A stretch of 51,970 nt of DNA from Patescibacteria group bacterium (GCA_041645165.1 JBAZQN010000001.1:1-51970); one strand, 5' to 3'; positions 16,377-24,994 are shown, counted from the stretch's first letter. Notes: generated by a model not told the origin, from the sequence alone. Numbers and translations are program-made.

Positions 16377-18497
16377 ATGCACAGACATGGTATCTTGTTT
16401 TCTAAACCGACTATTATTTCCTTTTTAGCAATTTTAAGCATTGCTGGTATCGCAGTTTATGTGATCCAAACAAAAGAGCAGGGCCAAGTTGCCGGCGTCT
16501 GTTCCGCAAAATCAGTAACTTCCACCAGCTTCATCAAAACTTTTCACTTGCTTGATTTAACTGACGGTTTTGACATTTCATTCACTAAAGATGGCGGATA
16601 TTTGCTGACCGGCGACATTCTTCCGGCCTCTGGCATGGGAGCGCCAAAACCTTATATTATCCAAACCGATACTAAGGGGAATCCACTATGGAGCAGGCAG
16701 TTTAGCAGTAAAAGCATGGCTCTTGGGCTGATGTCGTCCCGGCGGATCGGGCGTCTCGCTCTAGAGACGATTGACGGCAATATTGTCACGGCCATCGATG
16801 TACTGGATTTTGTTGATGAAAACGTGAAAGAACTCTATGGCGATATTTTGGTGACCAAAATTAGTAAAAAGGGAACGCAGCTCTGGTCATTGATGCTTGG
16901 CGATTATAGTATAGATCGTCCGCAAAAAATATGGGCTTTATCGGATGGCGGTGTGTTGCTCCTTGCCCGTTTCATGCAAACCGGTTATGGCACTGATGTA
17001 GGCGATACTGATGCAGTGCCCAAGTATAGCGTTTTAATAAAAATTGATAAAAACGGGAAAGTGCAATTTGCAAAAAAATTGAATTGGGAAGCAGAGGATG
17101 TGCAATATTTAGCTGATGGCAGTTTTATCGCCTTGGCCAATATTGTTGTTCCAAAAACTGAACAGCCAGAAAATATTTTGGGGCAGGAGTTGGTTCCGCA
17201 CGCCTTGCCGACCGTTATAAAACTGGACAGTGATTTTAAAGTGGCGTGGGCGAAGAGCCTTGAGATGATTCCGTCGGAGATAAATGCTCCCACCAGTTAT
17301 TCTGGCAGCAGTTTTACCATGGGAAAAACCGCTATCCGCATGCCGGGCGGTGACTTTAGGGCGGTTCAGCCTGTGCCCGACGGCGGTTTTATTGCGTTCG
17401 GTTTTGGCGATTTAAGTCTAATTTCGGGGCTGATGACGGGATCAGCCAATACTATCAATAGTTTTTCCGCGCGATCATTGATCGCGGTCAAGGTCGATAA
17501 GGTAGGGAATTACAAATGGGCAAAAAAATTAACTGTAAATATGACCTCTAGCCCATCAAGTAATGATTTTCAGGTGATAAAAACTTTGGACGATTATTTT
17601 GTGATTATGCAGGATGTGGTGCGCGAGAGCGCAAAGGTGCAAGCGGCTGATTTTAATTTATCGCCAGAGGCATTGGCCTCAAATATTGAATTGATTAAAA
17701 CTGATGTCGATTTTAATCCGATGTGGGTGAAAAAAATTAATGCGGAACGGGATTTGTCAGGCTATGGCATCGCGCCGACAGCCGATAAGGGAGTTGTGAT
17801 TGCCAGCAGTATGCTCACCACTAAACAGCATATAGTAATGATGAGTCTGGAACCATATAAGGAGGCGGCTTTGATAAAAGTTGATGTCAATGGCGAGGTG
17901 CGCGGATGTCCCGGAGTAACGGATTACCGCGGGGCAACGGTGGAAGACCAAAGCAGCTATTTGGTGATGCAAAGTATGCAGGTCGATGGGGCTGAAAATA
18001 TGACGTTGCCTATTAATAAAAAGGTAAAAGAAAAGGTTTTCCTCATAAAAAATACGGCGCGAGACATTTGTAAATATCAAAAAAGTAGCGTAGCGCCAAA
18101 TTGTTCCGTTTCCCTACCGCTGACGTCAGGTCAGACAGTCACGCCGCCCACGCCCAAAACCTGGGCGCTGATCGGCTATGGAAACACCAAAGAAGTCGCA
18201 GTAGACGGCGAGAAGAACCAGGCTGTTCATAAAGAATTACTGCCAATACTTAACCAAATTTTCAATAACCAGGTGAAATTAAAAGATAGCATGAAAAGCA
18301 TGTGGCTCACCTATGTGTTCCCACGTCAGGTGACGCGCTCGGACGTGGAAGTCGTGCAGAAAAAATATGAGGAACTGGGCTACAAGATTGACCAGTCAGA
18401 AGGAGGCGTGCTGTGGGTTTCCAAGATTGGACTGACATTGCATCTGATTTTCTCTATTCAAAATTCCATGGTTGGAAAATTAGAAGTGTTATTTTAA
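16377..18497 (+). CDS. Large anchored/secreted repeat protein, beta-propeller-like (706 aa)
   Basis: N-terminal TM segment. Then recurring units of about 50-60 aa with DGG[YVF]-type strands and G-x3-W-x-K/R-x-L motifs (NPLWSRQF, TQLWSLML, KVQFAKKL, KVAWAKSL, YKWAKKL, NPMWVKKI). Visibly AT-richer than the flanks. Confidence 0.65.
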   Translation: MHRHGILFSKPTIISFLAILSIAGIAVYVIQTKEQGQVAGVCSAKSVTSTSFIKTFHLLDLTDGFDISFTKDGGYLLTGDILPASGMGAPKPYIIQTDTKGNPLWSRQFSSKSMALGLMSSRRIGRLALETIDGNIVTAIDVLDFVDENVKELYGDILVTKISKKGTQLWSLMLGDYSIDRPQKIWALSDGGVLLLARFMQTGYGTDVGDTDAVPKYSVLIKIDKNGKVQFAKKLNWEAEDVQYLADGSFIALANIVVPKTEQPENILGQELVPHALPTVIKLDSDFKVAWAKSLEMIPSEINAPTSYSGSSFTMGKTAIRMPGGDFRAVQPVPDGGFIAFGFGDLSLISGLMTGSANTINSFSARSLIAVKVDKVGNYKWAKKLTVNMTSSPSSNDFQVIKTLDDYFVIMQDVVRESAKVQAADFNLSPEALASNIELIKTDVDFNPMWVKKINAERDLSGYGIAPTADKGVVIASSMLTTKQHIVMMSLEPYKEAALIKVDVNGEVRGCPGVTDYRGATVEDQSSYLVMQSMQVDGAENMTLPINKKVKEKVFLIKNTARDICKYQKSSVAPNCSVSLPLTSGQTVTPPTPKTWALIGYGNTKEVAVDGEKNQAVHKELLPILNQIFNNQVKLKDSMKSMWLTYVFPRQVTRSDVEVVQKKYEELGYKIDQSEGGVLWVSKIGLTLHLIFSIQNSMVGKLEVLF

Positions 18498-18572
18498 CCT
18501 GACCCATCCCCGCAACAAAAATATTTTAACCTTAGTCAAAATTAGGTAGATATATATACCCTCGCCACTCCC

Positions 18573-18643
18573 GAATTCCAGTTCTAACATCGTCCACGAT
18601 GCCCTGAATTTACATGGCAATAACCCAGAGGTAACGTCTCTGG
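18573..18643 (+). repeat. tRNA-Trp 3'-end-derived repeat R1 (att-like) with hairpin
   Basis: 18602-18634 matches 16293-16325 (tRNA-Trp 3' end plus trailer) at 32 of 33 positions. 18573-18606 is identical to 19159-19192. Confidence 0.8.
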
Positions 18644-18734
18644 TTATTAGTTGATAAAATGATATAATGAATATGTACATATTTAGGTCGATCCCAAACA
18701 TCAAATTGAATCTTAATTTATTAACTTAAATACT

Positions 18735-19076
18735 ATGCATAAAACTAAAATTATTTCCGGATTTTTGATTTTTGAATTAATTTACACACTCATCAACATA
18801 TTACCAGAGCTATTAGTCACATTTGATCCTTCACAACTTATTTATTATGCACGTCTTTTCTTTATCCTAGCACTTTTATTGAGCGCCATAGGGATATATT
18901 TTCAAAAAAAATGGGCAGTTATCTCTCTTTGGATATATATACTTCATCCATTATTGATAGGATACTCGTTATATGTTGGCTTTGGTGGGTATTATTATAT
19001 AGTTGTTATCAATACAGCCATTGTCACATATTTGTCAGTTACTTGGAATTTATTTAGTAAAAAAGGTAATGTTTAA
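18735..19076 (+). CDS. Small polytopic membrane protein (113 aa), very AT-rich
   Basis: Three to four hydrophobic segments. I recognised no family. Confidence 0.5.
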   Translation: MHKTKIISGFLIFELIYTLINILPELLVTFDPSQLIYYARLFFILALLLSAIGIYFQKKWAVISLWIYILHPLLIGYSLYVGFGGYYYIVVINTAIVTYLSVTWNLFSKKGNV

Positions 19077-19158
19077 CAAACATGTACAATGATTAATATT
19101 TATAAATCTTATATGTATTGTATAGCTAAATTTGGTATATATAATTTTACTGATTGTT

Positions 19159-19223
19159 GAATTCCAGTTCTAACATCGTCCACGATGCCCTGCCATATTT
19201 CACCCCGATTCTTGGGGTGTTTT
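19159..19223 (+). repeat. tRNA-Trp 3'-end-derived repeat R2 plus terminator-like hairpin
   Basis: GAATTCCAGTTCTAACATCGTCCACGATGCCCTG is identical to R1. It is followed by CACCCC-GATTCTT-GGGGTG-TTTT. Confidence 0.75.
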
Positions 19224-19329
19224 GTGATAAGGGGAAAGGACTTGAAAGAGTATGCTGAGTGAAGCCACCAGGGCTTCGAATCGGAGTGAACAGGATTCCT
19301 CCCGTGCTCGTGTCTAAAGGGCGATTTGC

Positions 19330-19338
19330 TGGTATAAT
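19330..19338 (+). promoter_or_regulatory. Extended -10 promoter element TGGTATAAT
   Basis: It ends 9 nt before the ATG at 19348, implying a very short or absent leader. Confidence 0.4.
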
Positions 19339-19347
19339 GCAAAGACA

Positions 19348-21174
19348 ATGTCATTAATCGAACGACGTATGAAAAATGTTAAACCGACGACGCGCATACT
19401 AGCGGCATTTTTTATTATACTTGGCATAGCAGGGATGATTGCCTTACGGTATGCGATAAAAGTGTCGAACGATAAAAAAACAAATACCGATAGCCTCACC
19501 ATCAGTTTCAATAATCAAGGGTTGGTTCCTTTCGATACCATGGTAATCGAGGGCAAGAACCTTGATCCCCATGCTGCCACCTCCGTTATTTTTGATACGT
19601 ATACCAAGCAGACGCTCACTATACCGGCATTGAACGTGACGCCGACGACCGTGACCGTCGCGGTGCCGCCGCTCGCATTTAATAAAAATTCCGGCAAGTT
19701 CGGCCTTGATGTCGTGTCGTTCAGAGTTATTCAGGCAAAAAAAGATGGCGATACGTTGGCTGTCAAGTCCTCAAACACAGTGTCGGGCATTCAAGTGCTG
19801 GCCCCGGCGGTCCCGCGTGCCGTACAGATGGCACGCGCACAAGATCTGCCACCAGGCACGATCACGCGGGCATTTGCCGCCATGGCGCTCAAGAGCATTG
19901 ATTCATTGGCAGACCAGGCGCCGGTAGAAAACAAAGCATTAACTGCGTCGCTTGCCAACGCCCGCACGGAGATGGAACGCTTGCGTTCAGGCCTGGATGC
20001 ATTTATAAAAAATCCCCACACTACAGTTCGCCTTCAAACAGCCACAGGATCAACGGTAGCATTAAGCGCGGCGCAGATTGCCTGGCTCGACGCATTTTAT
20101 TCCGGCTTCCTTGGATCAATTGAGAAAAGCCAGCTGCAGGGGGAAGAAAAGAATTCGTTTTCTTTGAGTCCCGCCGCCATGGCGGCAGAGACAGATTGCT
20201 GGAGTCTTGGGGAGTCGGAACATGTTACCGCCGCGACGATCACCCGTCAGCTGGATTGCCTCTATAAAAAAACGTTCATCGATCAGGCCGGAAAAACAGA
20301 CGAAGAGATAACGACCGAAGCAAATGAATTGATGAAAAAACATCTGATACTGTTGGGGAGTATTAGTCTTGCCCTGGCCACGGGCGGGTTGAGTCTTGAG
20401 GCGCAGATTGCATATGGCATTACGTATTCCCTGGTGATGGAGTACCTGGTGAACAACAAGAATCCCGGTGTAAATTCCATTCCCGATGTCGGGGCAACCG
20501 TTATCGACACGATTCTAAAAACGCCCGCGGTGTTTCCCATCACCGGACTTTTCGTCGGCGTGTTAACCGCGTGCGATGAAGAATGCAAAAAAAATCCAAA
20601 GGCATGTTATACGTCCGATATTCTTATTACGGACCCTTTGAATCTGCGGGATTTATTATTTATAAAATATGGCACCCTTGACCATGACGTAGACCGATTC
20701 AAAACTCCGGAGGAATTTGAATCGTATTTGTATGGTGACAAAGGGATTGATAGCGGCGGCTATGAAACGGTGATCCCTCCGGCTCCGGTGCCGACTCCCT
20801 CTCCTACGCCGACGCCAACACCTGCCCCGGAACCTACACCACAACCAACGCCATCGCCGGCTCCCATAACCCCGGAACCGATCATCGATATAGTTCCCAC
20901 CCCTGCACCGACACCCACGCCGGTGCCGCCAGGCCCGAAATGTTCCCAACTGAAACAAACTGCGTATGATCAATGTGTTGCCGGCTGTGGCAATTCACAA
21001 GATTGCTACAGTGCCTATAGCGACTGCACGCCTGGGTGTGAGGGCACGGGAAATCTTTTTACCAAATCAGACTGTATAAACTCCTGTCTCGGGACGTTAT
21101 CAAAATGCACCGGAGCGGTATCAAAATGCAATGCTGATTGTTTGAAAGCCGAATATGCGTACACCTGTCCTTAA
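19348..21174 (+). CDS. Anchored surface protein with Pro/Thr linker and C-terminal Cys-rich module (608 aa)
   Basis: N-terminal TM segment, then an Ig/IPT-like stretch (MVIEGKNLDPHAATSVIFD...TVTVAVPP). The PT-rich linker is PPAPVPTPSPTPTPTPAPEPTPQPTPSPAP. The last 78 aa carry 12 Cys, including four CxxxC motifs. Confidence 0.65.
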   Translation: MSLIERRMKNVKPTTRILAAFFIILGIAGMIALRYAIKVSNDKKTNTDSLTISFNNQGLVPFDTMVIEGKNLDPHAATSVIFDTYTKQTLTIPALNVTPTTVTVAVPPLAFNKNSGKFGLDVVSFRVIQAKKDGDTLAVKSSNTVSGIQVLAPAVPRAVQMARAQDLPPGTITRAFAAMALKSIDSLADQAPVENKALTASLANARTEMERLRSGLDAFIKNPHTTVRLQTATGSTVALSAAQIAWLDAFYSGFLGSIEKSQLQGEEKNSFSLSPAAMAAETDCWSLGESEHVTAATITRQLDCLYKKTFIDQAGKTDEEITTEANELMKKHLILLGSISLALATGGLSLEAQIAYGITYSLVMEYLVNNKNPGVNSIPDVGATVIDTILKTPAVFPITGLFVGVLTACDEECKKNPKACYTSDILITDPLNLRDLLFIKYGTLDHDVDRFKTPEEFESYLYGDKGIDSGGYETVIPPAPVPTPSPTPTPTPAPEPTPQPTPSPAPITPEPIIDIVPTPAPTPTPVPPGPKCSQLKQTAYDQCVAGCGNSQDCYSAYSDCTPGCEGTGNLFTKSDCINSCLGTLSKCTGAVSKCNADCLKAEYAYTCP

Positions 21175-21200
21175 TTGTCCAGATATGAATGCATGACCTT

Positions 21201-21232
21201 AGTTCTCACATCCTTCACGATTCCCTGCCATA
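21201..21232 (+). repeat. tRNA-Trp 3'-end-derived repeat R3 (degenerate)
   Basis: AGTTCTCACATCCTTCACGATTCCCTGCCATA versus R2 AGTTCTAACATCGTCCACGATGCCCTGCCATA (28 of 32). ACATCCTTCAC..CCCTG resembles tRNA-Trp GACTCCTTCACCCCCTG. Confidence 0.6.
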
Positions 21233-21249
21233 CGATTATGGAAAATTAG

Positions 21250-21861
21250 GTGGATATGCTGCTCAACAAGATCGAATTCGCGGCCATGAATAATCCGGTG
21301 TGGGGCGCATTGCAGCGTTTGCTTGTGAGCAGCCGATGGCTTCCGCATTCTTCTCTTGTGCGCGCGCATCCCCGCATTTTGGAAATCGGATGCGGCAGCG
21401 GACGCGGCACACACGCGCTGTGGAAATTCTATTCACCGCGTGAAATATACGGCATTGATTTAGATGAACAGATGATTCAGAACGCGAAAAGATTCGAGAA
21501 GGAGAATGTTCATTTCGAAATAGGTAACGCCAGCCAATTGGAATTCCCCGACAATTCTTTTGATGCCGTATTCGATTCCGGCGTACTCCATCATTTGTCC
21601 GATTGGCGGGATTGCGTGCGAGAGTGCTATCGGGTCCTGAATCCGGGCGGCGTAATGTACATCATGGATTTTTCCATAGAGACTTTCACGTCTCCTGTCG
21701 GCAATATTCTTAAGCATTTTTCCGTGCACCCGTATCGCGAAATGTACCATGCACAGGAATTAGTTGAATATTTTAAGCAGGTTGGATTTGAAATTAGTCA
21801 TTATACACGACACAACTCTCTGCATCTACTGAAAAATTTCACGTTAATCGCAAAGAAATGA
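21250..21861 (+). CDS. Class I SAM-dependent methyltransferase (Methyltransf_11/25-like)
   Basis: Motif I is ILEIGCGSGRGT. The post-I motif is IYGIDLDEQM. Further on come FDAVFDSGVLHHL and LNPGGVMYIMDF. Confidence 0.8.
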   Translation: MDMLLNKIEFAAMNNPVWGALQRLLVSSRWLPHSSLVRAHPRILEIGCGSGRGTHALWKFYSPREIYGIDLDEQMIQNAKRFEKENVHFEIGNASQLEFPDNSFDAVFDSGVLHHLSDWRDCVRECYRVLNPGGVMYIMDFSIETFTSPVGNILKHFSVHPYREMYHAQELVEYFKQVGFEISHYTRHNSLHLLKNFTLIAKK

Positions 21862-21933
21862 ATGGGAGGGGAAAGCGAAACCAAGTCTTCCTAAAATCCT
21901 GGGTTTTCCGCCCGGGTTTTGATTATTTGCGCC

Positions 21934-22205
21934 GTACGCGCTCACTGGGGGCATCGCCATCCTCGCGGTTTAAACCCCCCTCTTGATCTCCCCCCTGATA
22001 AGGGCGCTTAAAAAAATAACATTTCACTTGTCCCATAGGTTTGTCCTTATTTTGTTGACGTACGGCGTAGATGGCGGGATATGTTATTTTTTTACGGCGC
22101 CTAAGGGGGAGACCACACGCCTTGTCCTCCCCCTATGGCTTCGCCATATCTTGATGATATAAAGGGGGAGGTTTGGGGGGGTGTTGATGGACAGTGAGCG
22201 CGTAC
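21934..22205. repeat. Nested palindromic element, family B (long copy carrying an inserted family C element)
   Basis: Outer 14-bp perfect inverted repeat GTACGCGCTCACTG / CAGTGAGCGCGTAC. Inner ACCCCCC...GGGGGGT. Hairpin 1 is TCTCCCCCC..GGGGGAGA and hairpin 2 is CCTCCCCCT..AGGGGGAGG. Confidence 0.85.
21998..22106. mobile_element. MITE-like element, family C, inserted in the loop of hairpin 1 of the family B element
   Basis: TAAGG|GCGCTTAAAAAAATAAC ... GTTATTTTTTTACGGCGCC|TAAGG. Removing it together with one TAAGG restores the hairpin TCTCCCCCCTGATAAGGGGGAGA, as seen in the other family B copies. Confidence 0.75.
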
Positions 22206-22325
22206 TTTTCGCCATGTTGCATCGCGGGGTAAAAAGTGGGAGAATTGAGGTAATAAGTAAATAGATGGTAATAGTGAGAAATTAGATTTTTAGAAATAAT
22301 TTAATTATAATTAATTATCACGTCC

Positions 22326-23264
22326 ATGCCTTTATTCCAGAAAAAACAAAGTAAGCTTATAAGGGTGAAGAGCGTGCTTTTTAAGAAGGAGTTAGAATTA
22401 CAAAAGCTCACTGAACAGAATCTTGACGTGATTTATGGTCTTAAGTTTGTACGCACTGAATTTCCCATCAAGGATTTGTCTATTGACACGCTCGCGTTTG
22501 ATGAGGAAACAAAAACCTTTGTCATCATTGAGTACAAAAAAAACGAAAGTTTTTCCGTCATTGATCAGGGTTTCGCCTATTTATCGCTCATGCTTGATAA
22601 CAAGGCGGCGTTTGTCCTTGAATATAATGAACGGTTCAATAAGAACATGCGTCGTGAAGATATTGACTGGTCTCAGGCGCGTGTTATGTTCATTTCCCCG
22701 AGTTTCACACGTCATCAGATCGAAGCGGTGAATTTCAGGGATTTGCCCTTGGAATTATGGGAAGTTGAGCAATATGACAACGGCTCGATACTATACCGCC
22801 AGGTACGTGCGGCAGGGAAGGGGGCATCTATTACAAAATTAGGTGGCAGTAAGGTAATCGAGGAGGTGAGTAGGCAAGTTAAAGTATTTACGATAGAGGA
22901 TCATCTCAAGGGTAAGCCGGAGAAGATTAAAGAATTGTTTAATGAATTAGTGGACGGATTGAGGAAAGTTGATTTGACGTTTGAACTCCATCCTGTGCGG
23001 AGTTATGTAAGTTTTCATAAAAACGGCTGGAATCTCATAACCATATCTGTGCAGCAGGGTAAAATTTCATTTTCACTTTTGCGTGTAACTCCGAAGGATT
23101 TGAAGGACCCGGAAAAGAAAATGCACTATATGAAAAACAGCGTGAAATATTACAATCAACACATTTCCTCGTTGGATATTAAGAATATGGAGGATGTGGC
23201 GTATGCGCTCATGCTCACGCGGCAGTTGTATGAAAAGTATAGTGACACGATCAGTAAGTGGTAG
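22326..23264 (+). CDS. PD-(D/E)xK-nuclease-like N-terminal domain fused to a DUF5655-like C-terminal domain (312 aa)
   Basis: IDTLAFDEETKTFVIIEYKK...VIDQGFAYL fits the D...E-x-K core seen in NucS/DUF91-type nucleases. The C-terminal part (VRSYVSFHKNGWNLITISVQQGKISFSL...DPEKKM) resembles DUF5655. The gene is low in GC. Confidence 0.55.
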   Translation: MPLFQKKQSKLIRVKSVLFKKELELQKLTEQNLDVIYGLKFVRTEFPIKDLSIDTLAFDEETKTFVIIEYKKNESFSVIDQGFAYLSLMLDNKAAFVLEYNERFNKNMRREDIDWSQARVMFISPSFTRHQIEAVNFRDLPLELWEVEQYDNGSILYRQVRAAGKGASITKLGGSKVIEEVSRQVKVFTIEDHLKGKPEKIKELFNELVDGLRKVDLTFELHPVRSYVSFHKNGWNLITISVQQGKISFSLLRVTPKDLKDPEKKMHYMKNSVKYYNQHISSLDIKNMEDVAYALMLTRQLYEKYSDTISKW

Positions 23265-23329
23265 TTCTAGGCTTATTCTCTAATTCGCGCGAATAGGCGA
23301 ATAGTATACATTAATTAATTTAAAAGGAT

Positions 23330-23911
23330 ATGAGCGATGACATTGTGCAACCTGTGAGCGTTGAGGTTGAACAAGAGAGTGCGTCTGATGCGCCGGTGCC
23401 TGTTGTTCCTGCGATTGAAAACAGTGAGCCTGTGGCACCGACGGAGGATGCTGACGTGTTAGAATCTGCGCCGGTTGGCAAGGAGGAAGATTCTTTTGCG
23501 CCTGTTGCAGAACCCGCGCCAACGCCAGCCGTAGATGCTGCGCCAAATGAGCATTCTGCCGAATCTGTATCGGTGGCGCCAACGCCGGAACCCCAAGTGC
23601 GGGAGGTGATTATAGAAAAGGAAAAGCCGCTCACTGAAGCTGACAAGGACGCCATTTTTAAAAACAAGTTAAAAGATAATTTAACCAGTGCGAATACGCG
23701 CAAACAACAGAAACACGAGGCGCATTTGAAGGAGATCATTGATTTTATTAGGAAGAAGGGGACTTTGGTCACCAATCAGGACATCGAGGAGGTGTTGCAG
23801 ATTCCTGATACCACCGTTACCGACCGCTTAAACGAACTTATCCAACGAGGCAAAGTACAGCGATTAGGCGATCGTCGTAATGCCAAATATCGTCTTGTAG
23901 GTGCTGTATGA
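23330..23911 (+). CDS. Acidic protein with C-terminal winged-helix DNA-binding domain
   Basis: The N-terminal 95 aa are rich in D/E/P/A/V. The C-terminus GTLVTNQDIEEVLQIPDTTVTDRLNELIQRGKVQRLGDRRNAKYRLV is wHTH-like. Confidence 0.55.
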   Translation: MSDDIVQPVSVEVEQESASDAPVPVVPAIENSEPVAPTEDADVLESAPVGKEEDSFAPVAEPAPTPAVDAAPNEHSAESVSVAPTPEPQVREVIIEKEKPLTEADKDAIFKNKLKDNLTSANTRKQQKHEAHLKEIIDFIRKKGTLVTNQDIEEVLQIPDTTVTDRLNELIQRGKVQRLGDRRNAKYRLVGAV

Positions 23912-23958
23912 CCAATTGGCCGAAATGCAGCATTTCGGCCATATTTTCTCCATAAGGT

Positions 23959-24948
23959 ATGGTTCTTAAGGGTGGGCACGTTTTATCAAAGAAATGGCGG
24001 ATCGCGGGAGCGGTCCTTATTATTGCCGCAGGCGCGGCATGGTTTGGTTACCATAGAATCTTCGGCGCGCCGCAAAGGCAGGCGGAGCGCGTGCAGTTCA
24101 CCATCCCTTTTGGAGAAAGTGGCGTGGAGGTGAGGCTTGAGGAAGAGGGATTTGTCAGAAGCGCGTGGGTATTCCATTATGCGCTGCAGCGCACGCGCGG
24201 GAGCATTAAGCCGGGCGGGTATGAGATTTCCAAAGCCATGGACGTGTGGGAAATCGCGCGCACCCTCACTCGCGCCCCTGCGTTGGTGTGGGTCACCATC
24301 CCCGAAGGGCTGCGCAAAGAAGAGACCGCGGAGATTCTCGCCGCCGCGCTTGGCTGGAGTGAAGAGGAAAAGGAAAAATGGGTGAGCACGTATACTGCCA
24401 TGAAGTATGAGTATGTCGAGGGCGTGTATTTTCCCGACACCTACCTTATTCCCATCGCGGAAAAGCCTTTTGACGTGGCGGAACGCTTTAGAAAAAATTT
24501 TGAAACGAAATTTGCGCCCTTTGCAGAGGAAGCGCTGCGGCAGAACATTAAATGGGATACTGTCGTGAAAATCGCTTCTCTCCTGGAGCGGGAAGCGGCA
24601 GGCAGCCATGACATGCCGCTCATTGCGGGAATTATCTGGAACCGGCTGCTTCAAGGCATGAGGCTTGAAATCGACGCGACGCTCCAATACGCGAGAGGGG
24701 ATACGGGCAGGGGTTGGTGGGCGCCGATTACGCCACAGGATAAGCAGATTTATTCGCCCTACAACACCTACAAATACAAAGGGCTTCCGCCGCACCCGAT
24801 CGCCAACCCCGGCCTTGCCGCCATAAACGCCGTCCTTCATCCGGAAGAAACCGACTGCCTTTTCTACCTGCACGACCGGCAAAAGGTTATTCACTGCGCG
24901 AAGACGTATGAGGGACACAAGGAGAATATTGAGACGTATTTGCGCTAA
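23959..24948 (+). CDS. mltG: Endolytic murein transglycosylase MltG (YceG-like)
   Basis: N-terminal TM segment. ASLLEREA, IWNRLLQGMRLEIDATLQY, SPYNTYKYKGLPPHPIANPG... matches the YceG signature. Confidence 0.88.
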   Translation: MVLKGGHVLSKKWRIAGAVLIIAAGAAWFGYHRIFGAPQRQAERVQFTIPFGESGVEVRLEEEGFVRSAWVFHYALQRTRGSIKPGGYEISKAMDVWEIARTLTRAPALVWVTIPEGLRKEETAEILAAALGWSEEEKEKWVSTYTAMKYEYVEGVYFPDTYLIPIAEKPFDVAERFRKNFETKFAPFAEEALRQNIKWDTVVKIASLLEREAAGSHDMPLIAGIIWNRLLQGMRLEIDATLQYARGDTGRGWWAPITPQDKQIYSPYNTYKYKGLPPHPIANPGLAAINAVLHPEETDCLFYLHDRQKVIHCAKTYEGHKENIETYLR

Positions 24949-24994
24949 TTTAGGGATAAGAGGAGGGTTCTTATGGCAGCGGTGGAATCGTAAG

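Noticed and set aside
19250-19300. GAAGCCACCAGGGCTTCGAATCGGAG, which resembles a tRNA T arm (TTCGAAT loop).
   Set aside because: The flanking bases do not form a T stem, and there is no acceptor or anticodon arm on either strand. It is probably a chance match or a very decayed fragment inside the island.
20780-20940. An apparent tandem DNA repeat (CCGACGCC/ACACC-rich).
   Set aside because: It is the coding sequence of the Pro/Thr-rich linker of the 608-aa surface protein. It is an imperfect, in-frame, low-complexity region and not an independent repeat feature.
23986-24918. A 310-aa ORF on the minus strand, plus similar long antisense ORFs at 6353-6937, 31929-32501, 45806-46312, 40865-41287 and 28701-29165.
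   Set aside because: Each lies fully antisense to a gene with strong family signatures (mltG, aspS, the CapA fusion, amrB/amrA, typA, A2M-like). Each has an Arg/Pro/His/Gly-rich composition typical of the reverse strand of GC-rich coding DNA, and none shows a recognisable motif.
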